DNA of 64,000 bases from Octopus sinensis (lineage: Eukaryota): assembly GCF_006345805.1 (NCBI RefSeq), contig NC_043025.1, forward strand, positions 11,408,001-11,472,000. The letters run 5' to 3'. Made by a program: the position numbers and the translations under genes. A model generated the notes under the pieces. It had not been told where the DNA came from, ran no database searches, and saw only the letters and a program-made list of their open reading frames with translations. Shown one piece after another: positions 13,001 to 26,996 of this stretch (positions within the stretch are counted from its first letter, which is position 1; each line of letters starts with the position of its first letter).

Positions 13001-16000
13001 AAAAAAAACCAATTACTCTCTTTTACTTGTTTCGGTCATTTGACTGCGGCCATGCTGGAGCACCGCCTTTAGTCGAGCAAATCGACCCCAGGACTCATTC
13101 TTTGTAAGCCCAGTACTTATTCTATCGGTCTCTTTTGCTGAACCGCTAAGTGACGGGGACGTAAATACACACCAGCATCGGTTGTCAAGCAATGCTAGGG
13201 GGACAAACACAGACACACAAACACACATATACATATATATATATATACATATATACGATAGGCTTCTTTCAGTTTCCGTCTACCAAATCCACTCAGAAGG
13301 CATTGGTCGGCCCGGGGCTATAGTAGAAGGCACTTGCCCATGGTGCAACGCAGAGGGACTGAACCCGGAACCATGTGGTTGGTTACCAAGCTACTTACCA
13401 CACAGCCACTCCTGCGCCTATAATTACTTTTGTTTAGAAATTTTTTATTTATTTGTTTATCTTTTTAAAGTTTCAGCTCAGAGCTGTGGCCATGCTGATG
13501 CACCGCCGTTTTGCGCTACACTGTTATTACTAGGATCCTCCTCTAATATGTGGCACTTGATGAAGAATGGAGTTTGATATAGCTACCCTGGATTTGCTTT
13601 GCTGGATTGTAAATATTTTACCAAGTGTTTATATCCAAGACAATTTCAATGAATACAGAGATTAGTACATCTGCCGTTTTTTTTCTTGCTATAGTTAATT
13701 ATCCAACATATAGGCGTAGGAGTGACTGTGTGGTAAGCTTGCTTACCAACCACATGGTTCCGGGTTCAGTCCCACTGCATGGCACCTAGGGCAAGTGTCT
13801 TCTACTATAGCCTCAGGCCGACCAAAGCCTTGTGAGTAGATTTGGTAGATGGAAACTGAAAGAAGCCCGTCATATGTGTGTGTATATTTGTGTGTCTGTG
13901 TTTGTCCCCCCAACATCACTTGACAACCTATACTGGTGTGTTTATGTCTCCGTCACTTAGCGATTCAGCAAAAGACATCGATAGAATAAGTACTAGGCTT
14001 ACAAAGAATAAGTCATGGGGTCAATTTGCTCGACTAAAGGCAGTGCTCAAGCATGGCCACAGTCAAATGACTGAAACAAGTAAAAGAAAAGAAAAGAATA
14101 TATTTTATTTAAATGTGTCCAATGCATGTTTCTGCTGCATTCTAGCAGTTGCGTTTGCATCCAGTTTCTTTTGACTGGTTATTAGTCTAATCCAGTTTAT
14201 TCAAGATTCCATCCACTGACACTATATTCTCTCTTTTTCTTACAGGTACCCCTTCAGTGGTAAAATCAAAACTAAAGAATCGAAAATAAATTGGTAATCT
14301 GATTTTTGTACTTGGTTTGCAAGATTCTCAGTGTGAACTCATCTGTTGGAACAAATTTTGATGTATCTTGGGAGGGTCATTTTGTTAATCATAAGAAACA
14401 CACACACTGGTTCTGTTTCACTTCTTTTATTATTATTTGTCATTTGGTTTTCAAGATTCTTGATGTGAACTCGTGTGTGTTGGAACAGATTTTATATCAT
14501 GGGAAGGTCATTATACTAACAGTAATAAACACATGCACTGGTTCTGTTTCACTTTTATTATTATTATAAGTCACATATTTGTCACATATTGGTCACATAT
14601 TTAACCAACCAACTAATCAGTTGTTTGGCTAATTATTCAGTTAATCAGTTAAGTTTGTCAAAGTCCTTTCTCCTCAAATTTAATGAATTTCACTCTTGGC
14701 TGTGTTACGACCCCTAACTTCTGCTCCTTTCATAATTTCTCTTCTTTAATCTAGTTCATTTGTGGCTGCATTACTACCCCTAACTTGTACTCCTTTTAAT
14801 TTCTTTCTTCTAGTTTAATCCAGGCTGCACTTGGTTGTATTCTGGTCCCTGACTTCTCCTTACTACAAGATATCAACAAGATCTTTCGTTCTGGGCAGCG
14901 CCTCACTCGATGTAAGTATTTTTGTTGTCAAGTTAGTTAGTTAGTTAATTTTTTGGCTCAAAAAGCAAAAAGCAAGGCCATGTAGGGGGACATGGAGTTA
15001 AGTACAGGGTGGTGTTCATGTAAAGAGTTCAGGCCACTTGAGGTCAAGGGAGACTTTGAACAAAGCGGTCGTCGGCATCTTCACCATCTCGTCTGGCAGC
15101 TTGTTCCACGGATCTGCATCCCGGACGGAGACAGCTCCTCTCCTTAGATTGAGATGAAATTGTCGCAGGTAGAGCTTTTCGGAATGAAAAGTTGTTTGGC
15201 TATTGGCGATAGTGGTGATGATGGCTACACGGTGATGGTTATACAATGATTTTGAAGGTTGTATGGTTGTGGTGTTGGTGATGGTGATGGTAGTTGTATG
15301 GTAGTCATAACATGGTGAAGGTAAATGTATGATGGGGGGTGGTGGTGGTAATGGTGGTCTTGTTGTCAAGGTAAAGTAATAGCACTGGTGGTAGTGATGA
15401 GTGTCATCTCTTGTGAAAGGTAAGAGAGTCCAGTTTGCTGGACATTGTTGTAGAGCTGAAAAAGAGGTAATTTCTACTCTTCTCCTCTGGAAGCCATCTG
15501 CTCGCGATACCAGAGGGCTCACACTCTCCTACCCTGATGTAATCTCCAGGGATACAGGCATCCAGCAACAGGACCTCCGTAATGCCATGATGGACCCTGA
15601 AGTCTGGCGTAGCAGAGTAAATTCCATTGTCTCGACCACGGTCGAACAATGATAATGATGAGTGATGATTGTACAGGGTGCAGCAGAAACACCTCCCACA
15701 TTTTAAACCTTCACCTATGTGTTCCTAATGAACTTATGCAAGTGCCAATGGTGTTTTCATTTAGCTAAGGAACAAAAACTGTAACCCTTTGTTTAAACAG
15801 TAAAATTAATTTTTCAAATATTAGGCGTAGGAGTGGCTGTGTGGTTAGTAGCTTGCTTACCAACCACACCTTGGGCAAGTGTCTTCTACTATAGTCTCGG
15901 GCCGACCAAACCTTGTGAGTGGATTTGGTAGATGGAAACTGAAAGAAGCCCGTCGTATGTATGTATATATATATATAGGAGTGGCTGTGTGGTTAGTAGC

Positions 16001-17846
16001 TTGCTTACCAACTACACCTTGGGCAAGTGTCTTCTACTATAGTCTCGGGCCGACCAAAGCCTTGTGAGTGGATTTGGTAGATGGAAACTGAAAGAAGCCT
16101 GTTGTATATATGTATATATATATGTTTGTGTGTCTATGTTTGTGTGTCTGTGTTTGTCCCCCCACCATTGCTTGACAACTGATGGTGGTGTGTTCATGTC
16201 CCCGTAACTTAGCAGTTCAGCAAAAGAGACTGTTAGAATAAAATCATAATTAAACTGACCCTACTGTATTTTCTGTTACCCAAAGCCAGGAACGTTCGGC
16301 ACCCCCTTGAATACACAGAAACACACAGATGAGAGGGTGCTAAAAAGTTCCTATCTTTAAGGATATTGCGAAAGGCCTGGTTGGGGGCCCAAACTTCCAA
16401 GATCTTTTACAGGGCTTAGAAAAACTTAAGGACCGCTGCAATAAGTGTGTGAATCTGGGAGGAGAATATGTTGGATAAAATCATAATTAAACTGATCGTC
16501 CTGAATTATATCTTACCCAAAGCCAGGAACTTTTAGGCACCCCCTTGTATACACACAAACACACAGATGAGAGGGTGCTAAAAAGTTCCTATCTTTAAGG
16601 GTATTGTGAAAGGCCTGGTTGGAGGCTGAAATTTCCAAGATCTTTTACAGGGCTTAGAAAAACTTAAGGACCACTACAATAAGTGTGTGAATCTAAGAGG
16701 GAAATATGTTGAATAAAATCATAATTAACTGATCCTTCTGTATTTTATTTTACCCAAAGACAGGAACGTTCGGCACCCCCTTGAATACACACAAACACAC
16801 AGATGAGAAGGTGCTGAGAAGTTCCTATCTTTAAGGGTATTGCGAAAGGCCTGGTTGGGGGCCCAAACTTCCGAGATCTTTTACAGGGCTTAGAAAAACT
16901 TAAGGACCCCTGCAATAAGTGTGTGAATCTGGGAGGAGAATATGTTGAATAAAATCATAATTAACTGATCCTTCTGTATTTTATTTTACCCAAAGACAGG
17001 AACGTTCGGCACCCCCTTGAATACACACAAACACACAGATGAGAAGGTGCTGAGAAGTTCCTATCTTTAAGGGTATTGCGAAAGGCCTGGTTGGGGGCCC
17101 AAACTTCCGAGATCTTTTACAGGGCTTAGAAAAACTTAAGGACCGCTGCAATAAGTGTGTGAATCTGGGAGGAGAATATGTTGAATAAAATCATAATTAA
17201 CTGATCCTTCTGTATTTTATTTTACCCAAAGACAGGAACGTTCGGCACCCTCTTGAATACACACAAACACACAGATGAGAAGGTGCTGAGAAGTTCTTAT
17301 CTTTAAGGGTATTGCGAAAGGCCTGGTTAGAGGCCCTAACTTCCGAGATCTTTTACAGAGCTTAGAAAAACTTAAGGACCACTACAATAAGTGTGCGAAT
17401 CTGGGAGGAGAATATGTTGAATAAAATCATAATTAACTGACCCTCCTGACCCAAAGACAGGAACGTTCGGCACCCCCTTGAATACACACAAACACACAGA
17501 TGAGAGGGTGCTAAAAAGTTCCTATCTTTAAGGGTATTGCGAAAAGCCTGGTTAGAGGCCCTAACTTCCGAGATCTTTTACAGAGCTTAGAAAAACTTAA
17601 GGACCGCTACAATAAGTGTGTGAATCTAAGAGGGAAATATGTTGAATAAAATCATAATTAACTGACCCTCCTGTATTTTCTGTTACCCAAAGCCAGAAAC
17701 TTTTCAGCACACCCACTCCCTCACCTCCATAGTTAAGTTACAACTTTGCTTATTAGTTATGAAATGCAGAGCAAATGTAGGGAAAATTCAGATAAACACA
17801 GGTGGTAGCAACTAAAAATAAAAACTCGTGTTTATCTTAATTCCTC

Positions 17847-17881
<35 letters not shown>

Positions 17882-18147
17882 ATCCGATCATCCCATAAAT
17901 AACGCAGTTGTTTTTCTTATACTTCTTTTGTTTTACAAAATTAAGATAAACAAAGTTCTTTACAGCACAATCATGAAGGATTTATTTTTTTGTCAAACAA
18001 ATCAAGCCTAAAACTTATTTCATAAGCCTAGTATTTATTCTGTCAGTCTCTTTTTGCCAAACCGCTAAGTTATGCGGATGTAAATACACCAACACCAGTT
18101 CCCAAGTGGTAATGGGAGAACAGACGCAGACACAAAGCCACTAACAC

Positions 18148-18185
<38 letters not shown>

Positions 18186-21100
18186 GTGAATGGAATAAAT
18201 GGAGTTGAACGAAGATTGTACAGAATACCTTTTACTACATTCTACACATGTTTCGAAGGCCGCAAATTTCCAAATTCTGTTTAAATAAGGATACTATATT
18301 GCGGCTTTCTCTTCAGGAGAATGGTCTTATCTCCAAATGTGCTGTTTTCCGCTGTGATTTTTGCTACCCAGGTATCGGTTAAACCTTTGAATAATCTGTT
18401 ACAAAAAATTCATCTTTCTATTTCAACATATATATATATCTTTATATATAAAAGTAAAGTTGTGTGTCTGTCTCCTACGATTTAGATTCCTAACTACTCC
18501 CACATTTTAAGGTGCAGTTTAACCAAAACCGGGTATCTTATAGTTGTGATTCATATCGAGCCCTTCTGGGTATTAGCGTGCGTCTACGATGAGTCTACGA
18601 TTTAAAAAAAAATTTACCATCATTTCTTTCCATTTTAATGCATTTTTCGCTATTATATAAGGGAAGTAACTCTCTAAAAATGTCTACGATGAGTCAACGA
18701 TTTAAAAAAAAATTTACCATCATTTTTTTTCCATTTTAATGCATTTTTTTGCTATTTTTTGGCTATAACTCTCTAAAAATGCTTATATAGTTATTTCCCT
18801 TACAAACCCGAGCAACACCGGGCGATACTGCTAATATATATATATATAATCAAAATAAGCAACAAGAATAACTCCGGTAATTTGGTACGATCGTTTCGCA
18901 CTACATCAATATATATATATATTGGTCAATGAGGAAACTAGAAATAGATGAATGGTTAGTGAGAGCTGTGCAAGCCATTGACTCAAATTAGAGAAGGGGT
19001 GCATATTATACACAAAGTTTAGGTTTTTCAGAGGTACAGCCCCCTAAAAATCTCCTGCGTATTATACACAAAGTTTAGGTTTTTCAGAGGTACAGCCCCC
19101 TAAAAATCCCCTGCGTATTATACTCAAGGGCGGACTATACTCGAGGATTTACAGTAGTAGGGTATTTCTAAAAGGTTGGCAGAATCATTAGCACATCGGT
19201 CAAAATGCTTAACAGCATGTCTATTTTTATGTCCTGAGTTCAAATTTGACTGGGTTGATAAATTAAGCACCAGCCTAGTACTGGGATCAATGTGTTTGAC
19301 TTTCTCCTTCCCCCCAAATTTCAGGTCTTATGCCTATAGTAGAAAAGATTGGTGCCCCTGTACACTGTATACAATAATTTCATTATTGTTCCGAATCGTG
19401 GCCGATGCCAGCGACGCCTCGACTGGCTTCCATGTCGGTGGCACGTAAAAAGCACCATCCGAATTGTGGCCAAAGCCAGTGCCGCCTCGACTGGCTTTCG
19501 TGCAGGTGGCACGTAAAATGCACCAATCCAACCATGGCCGATGCCAGCCTCGCCTGGCACCAGTGCAGGTGGCACGTAAAAAGCACCCACTACACTCACG
19601 GAGTGGTTGGCGTTAGGAAGGGCATCCAGCTGTAGAAACATTGTCAGATAAGACCGGAGCCTGGTGCAGCCTTCTGGCTTCCCAGATCCCCGGTCGAACC
19701 GTCCAACCCATGCTAGCATGGAGAATGGACGTTAAACGATGATTATTATTATATATATATACTAGCAGTATCGCCCGGCATTGCTCGGGTTTGTAAGGGA
19801 AATAACTATATAAGCATTTTTAGAGATGTAAAGTATAATAGCCATCTCAATATGGCTAACCACAATGGGGGGGGTTACTGTAGCTTTTTACGTTCTGAGA
19901 TTTAATAATAAATTTTTAGAGAGTTACTTCCCTTATATATGCCAAAATGCATTAAAAATGGGAAAAATTGATGGTCAATTTTTTTTTAAATCGTAGACTC
20001 ATCGTAGACGCGCGCTAATACCCAGAAGGACTCGATATGAATCACGACTATAAGATACCCGGTTTTGGTTAAACTGCACCGCAAAATGTGGGAGTAGTTA
20101 GGAATCTAAATCATAGGGGACAGACACACAACTACACTTTATATATAAAGATTATTATTATTATTAATTTGTACAATACTGTTTCATTAATCAACCATGA
20201 CAAAATGCATTAATAATTGTATTTCCTTTTATTCCTCCTCCTCCTCCTCCTCTTTGACCTCCTCATACTCATCTTCCACTCCCTCCTTCCTTCCTCATCC
20301 TCCTCCACCTTATACCTCCTCATCTCCTCATTGTCATTTATTTCTCCCAATTCCTTGTCATTTCTATCTTTTTCTTTTTACCTATCTCTCCTTCTCACAT
20401 ATCACCTCTTCATCTCCCCCCCCTCTCTCTCTCTCACTATCGCTGTCTTTCTATCTCTTTCTCTCTTCCTTTCACATCTCTACTTTTCATATTTCTTCCT
20501 CTACCATTGTTCATCTGTCTTTGTCACTGTTCAACTTTCTCTGCCTGTCTGTTCATTTCTCTCCCTCTCATATCTCTTACATCTCAAATTTCTTCCTCTC
20601 TCTTCTCCATCTCTCTCTTTTCCATCGCTCTCTTCTCCATCTCTTTCTTTTCCGTCTCTCTCTTCTCTGTCTCTCTCTTCTCCGTCTCTCTCTCTCTCTT
20701 CTCCATCTCTCTCTTCTCCATCCCTCTCTTCTCCATCTCTCTCTTCTCCATCTCTCTCTTCTCCATCCCTCTATTCTCCATCCCTCTCTTCTCCATCCCT
20801 CTCTTCTCCATCCCTCTCTTCTCCATCCCTCTCTTCTCCATCCCTCTCTTCTCCATCTCTCCCTTTCTTCCTTCTCATATTTCCCATCTCTGTGTCTCTG
20901 TCAAATTTCTTTCTATCTCTCTTCTCATATCTCTACTTGCTCATCTTGCCCCTCATCTCTTTCTCTCTCTCTCTCTCTCTCTCCCTCATCCATTCTTCCC
21001 TAGGTCTTCAAGAGATCCTGTGGCTCAAGGATTGCCATAAATCCCTCATCAACGCCATCTACATCAACAAGTGCTTTAAAGCCCGCATCTGGGAGAACTC

Positions 21101-23551
21101 AAAATATGTTACCAAGCAACTGGAAGGAATAGGTATGTTATCTCTTGTCTCTCCTCCCCTCCACCATCCTTTTCAGTTCCAATTGCAACTAAGTATCTGA
21201 AGGGGACAAGGATCATGTTTAAATATAGGAGCACTCCGTCGGTTACGACGATGAGGGTCCCAGCTGATACGATCAACGGAACAGCTTGCTCGTGAAATTA
21301 ACGTGTAAGTGGCTGAGCATTCCACAGACACGTGTACCCTTAACGTAGTTCTCGGGGATATTCAGCGTGACACAGAGAGTGACAAGGCCGGCCCTTTGAA
21401 ATACAGGTACAACAAAAACAGGAAGCAAGAGTGAGAGAAAGTTGTGGTGAAAGAGTACAGCAGGGTTCACCACCATCCCTGCCGGAGCCTCATGGAGCTT
21501 TAGGTGTTTTCGCTCAATAAACACTCACAACGCCCGGTCTGGGAATCGAAACCGCGATCCTACGACCGCGAGTCCGCTGCCCTAACCACTGGGCCATTGC
21601 GCCTCCACATGTTTAAATATACTGCAACAGATTAATAGTCCACTACAAGGTCCAGTCCTTCTTGTAGCGGGGTGGCTTATGTGCCTTGGAAACCCTGAGA
21701 ACTACACCAGCAGAGCTCAAGCCCCTGGCAGGGCCTCTCATACTGGACAGGTCAAAGGGTTTGACAGATTTAATATTGATCACCTTAATATGGATCATGC
21801 TTAATATAGATCATGCTGGATCATTCTGAACAGAGTTGATATGGATCACCTCTTCTCGGGGGTAAAAAGGGATTTGTGCAGGGTCAGTAACCTTACATAG
21901 AAAAACAGCAAAGTTACAGGAGCATTACTCTCTCTTTTACTCTTTTACTTGTTTCAGTCATTTGACTGCGGCCATGCTGGAGCACCGCCTCTAGTCGAGC
22001 AACTCGACCCCGGGACTTATTCTTTTTGTAAGCCCAGTACTTATTCTATCGGTCTCTTTTTGCCGAACCGCTAAGTGACGGGGACGTAAACACACCAGCA
22101 TCGGTTGTCAAGCAATGCTAGGGGAACAGACACACAAACACACACACATACATATATATATACATACATATATACGACAGGCTTCTTTCAGTTTCCGTCT
22201 ACCAAATCCACACACAAGGCATTGGTCGGCCTGAGGCTATAGCAGAAGACACTTGCCCAAGATGCCACGCAGTGGGACTGAACCCGGAACCATGTGGTTG
22301 GTAAGCAAGCTACTTACCACGATGATAGTTTAAAACCAAGACCTGGGAAAGGTAGGCTTTCTCTCAGGGAAACATATGCATCAGGCCCTGGTATGGAACT
22401 TACAAGGGAAACAGAAGTGAGAATTCCCTAAAAATAGCTGAAGGCAGGATACTGAGGCGGAGCTGAAAAAGTAGGAATCCAACTGGAGGAAAGCAGAAAA
22501 GACAGACCAGAATCGAGAATAATCAAGAAAAGGGATCTTTTCGGTTTGAACGGCAGTTTTTTCTAGCGGTGTCATATGAAATTGTCACCCGTAATTATGA
22601 CCCTAGTATCGATCTATTGCATTTCAATCTGTTTTAGGGTTAGGGTTAGTTAGGGGTTGGGGGAAGGGTATCTTTTTTTCTTCACAAATGTAAATAAACC
22701 CAATCTGTTTCTTAAATGAGGGACATATTCATATGGCGCAGAATGTTTTTTACCTCAATAGACGTCAGTGATTGGTTGAAATTGCAGAAATTGAAGACAA
22801 AAAAACAACAAATATCTTAGAAACTATAGAATTTTCTCAATAAAGCCAAGAGAAAAAAATGTTTCATAAACACATTCTACCAGTATACGAAGTTTAAAAG
22901 TGTTTAGTTACGTGGAAATTATTTTAAAAAACTGCCGGTCAAACCGAAAAGATCCAAGAAAAGTTGTTGATGGTCTACATTCCATAGGAAATGAAGGTAA
23001 AAATGGGTTTGCAGAGTCAACACCCCTAACTAGAGAAAAAAAAAACGCAAAATTACGAAAGCATTGATGACAATTCAAATCCAAGATCTGAAAGAGGAAG
23101 GTTTTCCTCTGAGGAAACAAATGATGTAGTACAGTAGAATTCAAAAGGAAATACTATAGGGTTGGCCCCTCTCTTGATCTCCGGGAGAACATGTCAGGCC
23201 CTGATCATGTGACCCACAAGGGAGATGCACATAGTCAGCCACTAAGGAACATGCTCAAATGGTTAAGGTCATACAACCAACAAGCAAATCTGTAGAACTG
23301 AGCAGAATACTCTCTACTCTCTCTCTTTTACTCTTTTACTTGTTTCAGTCATTTGACTGTGGCCATGCTGGAGCACCGCCTTTTTAGTCGAGCAAATCGA
23401 CCCCGGGACTTATTCTTTGTAAGCCCAGTACTTATTCTATCGGTTTCTCTTTTGCCGAACTGCTAAGTGACGGGGACGTAAACACACCAGCATCGGTTGT
23501 TAAGCAATGCTAGGGGGACAAACACAGACACACAAACGTACACACACATAC

Positions 23552-23606
<55 letters not shown>

Positions 23607-23628
23607 CACATATATATATATATAATAC

Positions 23629-23694
<66 letters not shown>

Positions 23695-25305
23695 CGACAG
23701 GCTTCTTTCAGCTTCCGTCTACCAAATCCACTCGCAAGGCATTGGTCGGCCCGGGGCTATAGCAGAAGCCACTTGCCCAAGGTGCCACGCAGCGGGACTG
23801 AACCCAGAACCATGTGATTGGTAAGCAAGCTACTTACCACACAGCCACTCCTGCGCCGAGCTGGCAGAAACATTAGCACGCCGGGCAAAATACATTGCCA
23901 TATTTTGTCTGCCATTACATTCCGAATTCAAATTCCGCCGAGGTCGACTTTGCCTTTCATCCTTCCGGGGTCGATAAATTAAGTACCAGTTACGCACTGG
24001 GGTCGATGTAATCGACTTAATCCGTTTGTCTCCTCTGTGTTTAGCCCCTTGTGGGTAGTAAAGAAATATATATTTGCTGTAACTCATCTTTTATACCAAG
24101 ACAAAACGTGTACATGATAACACTTCCAATCAATTAAGATCAGAAGCCGTGGGAACCATTGCTTGGTATTGCATCAGGGTATTTATTATTACAATTATTG
24201 TTGTTGTTGTTGTTGTTGTTGATGATGATGATGCTGTATTTGTCTCTCTGATAGGTCAGTCTCTTTCAAATGCCTTGGTAAATGCTGGAATAGTCAACTT
24301 CGACAAAGTCAGTGAAACAAATCCCAGAGAACTAGAATTGGTAAGTAACAATTTGGTGGCTGTTTAACCCCAGGTCAGTTCAGCTCAGCTCCAGCGGACC
24401 TATGATCAAAGGTGTTCCAGCTATATCCATCTTGTCTTTTATTTACAGATAGTGTACCTAGGACTACATTATCTAATGTGTCCTTCCTTATTGCTTAACC
24501 GAAGGTCAACTGTGATCCAGTAGACCCATATGTGACCATCCTGTCTTTTATTTAGATATTGTGTATTTAGGAGTCCATTATCTTAAGTGTCCCTCCTATT
24601 TGTTTATTCCTAGATCAGTTGTAAGCTAGTAGACCTTTTCTTTTATTCTTTTACTTGTTTCAGTCATTTGACTGTGGCCATGCTGGAGCACCACCTTTTT
24701 AGTCGAGCAAATCGACCCCAGGACTTATTCTTTGTAAGCCTAGTACTTATTCTATCGGTCTCTTTTGCCGAACCAGAATTTGGTATGGTATTATTCATAT
24801 AAATCAAATGGGGTGATTGTAATCAAAATAAGCGACAAGGATATCCAAGGTTGTGTAGTACAATCGTTTCATGAAACGATTGTACCACGCTACCTTGGAT
24901 ATCCTTGTCGCTTATTTTGATATATATATATATTTCAGATAACCAACCGCCACCCACCATTTGGAAACCAACTGAAAGAGGCAGTGATGGGTTTACCAAA
25001 ATATAACATAGCCATTAAACAAGTCCAGGTAATACAGTAATGTGTGCTTGTTAGTATTTTTCAGGTTTTCATATCAATGGCTTGGATTTTAAGGGTCCAA
25101 TCAAGCAGCCCAAATGTTGGTATGAGTACTGGCACTGCAAACATATTGTGGGCCACTGTTTTATTGAATGCAGAAAGTTCTGAGGTCCAAATTTTCTTTA
25201 TTCAGCTGTAATATTCTTTAGTAACTATGTATGTATATATGTATACATAGATACATATATATATGCCAGCATAGAAAACAGGTGTTAAATGATGATGATG
25301 ATGAG

Positions 25306-25360
<55 letters not shown>

Positions 25361-26350
25361 AGTAGTTGAATGAATTATCTTATTAAAGATAATTCGAAAG
25401 ATAACCGATACCTGGGTAGCACTCTCTCACCTTACTATTCTTATGCCTCCCTCCTCCTACTTTGTTTGAACCCTTGAACCTTTAGAACCTTCTAGATTCT
25501 TCTACATTCAGCCACTCTGACATCACTCCTTATAAAGAGACACTCATTATCGCCATGGGCTCCTTGAGAGTGGTCAGCTAAAAGTTTTTTGTGCATTTTG
25601 ATGTCGACATAAGTTCCTTGATTTTCCTGATGAGAAATCTGCATGATGTACTCCTTATTCCTTCGGAATTAGGAATATGCAGCCTTCGAAACATATGTCG
25701 AGAATAAAGGATATTTGTTAACTAGTCGTTCAACTCCATTCTTTCATATACTTATATATATATATATATATTTATTATTTGAGGGAATAAAATCCAAACT
25801 TACAAGGAAAAAAATTCAATTTAGAAATACTAAATCAAATTTCACCCAATATAATATATATATAAAAAATTAGAAAAAAAACACCTTTTATCAATTCAAA
25901 ATGAACAATTAAATTACACCATCTAGAAAATTACATATAATAGAAATATTAAAATTAAAATAACAATAAAATGTAAAGATTAAGTAAATTGCAAAAATAA
26001 TAATAAAAATGTATATAATAGGTAGAAAAACGACACATGTTTCGTGGCTATATTTAAAAAATGATTATATATATATATATACACACACACACGCATACAT
26101 GTATATATGTATTTTGAGAGAGATAGATATACTCTTTTACTCTCTCTCATTTACTTGTTTCAGTCATTTGACTGCGGCCATGCTGGAGCACTGCCTTTAG
26201 TCGAACAAATCGACCCCGGGACTTATTCTTTGTAAGCCCAGTACTTATTCTATCGGTCTCTTTTGCCGAACCGCTAAGTGACGGCGACGTAAACACACCA
26301 GCATCGGTTGTCAAGCAATGCTAGGGGGACAAACACAGACACACAAACGT

Positions 26351-26397
<47 letters not shown>

Positions 26398-26962
26398 CGA
26401 CAGGCTTCTTTCAGTTTCCGTCTACCAAATCCACTCACAAGGCTTTGGTCAGCGCGAGGCTATAGTAGAAGACACTTGCCCAAGGTGCCACGCAGTGGGA
26501 CTGAACCCCGAACCATGTGGTTCGTAAGCAAGCTACTTACCACACAGCCACTCCTACGATATGTTGTACTTTATTAGGTTATAGTGCATATACTACATCA
26601 CCACATACTACAACTTACACTACACTACACTACACCTACATCGCCACCACCAAAATGACATCAACAACCACTATCACCACCACTACCACTATAACGGCAA
26701 AGACACCTCTCTGGGCCACCCGCATCATCATTATCACTACCTCCACCACCATCATATGTGACCTGTGTCCCCTTTACTTTCAGCCTGTCACCACTAATCC
26801 GAGGAAGAGATGTACAGAGATTGAGATCATGATAGCGATGAAGAACAAGGAAGACATAGTGAAGAATGGTACCACATCACCGCAGCATACCTCAGCACTT
26901 ATTGTGGCCAACGCTGATAACCACATACTCTACAGACGCAAGATAATGTGGGTCACACTATA

Positions 26963-26996
<34 letters not shown>

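Noticed and set aside
20197-21200. Ser/Pro/Leu-rich ORFs of 177-327 aa (also 47008..48219)
   Set aside because: Polypyrimidine low-complexity DNA; only 21004..21132 is coding
22635-22660. TTAGGG-like repeats
   Set aside because: Only 2-3 units and part of the hAT MITE consensus; not an interstitial telomere
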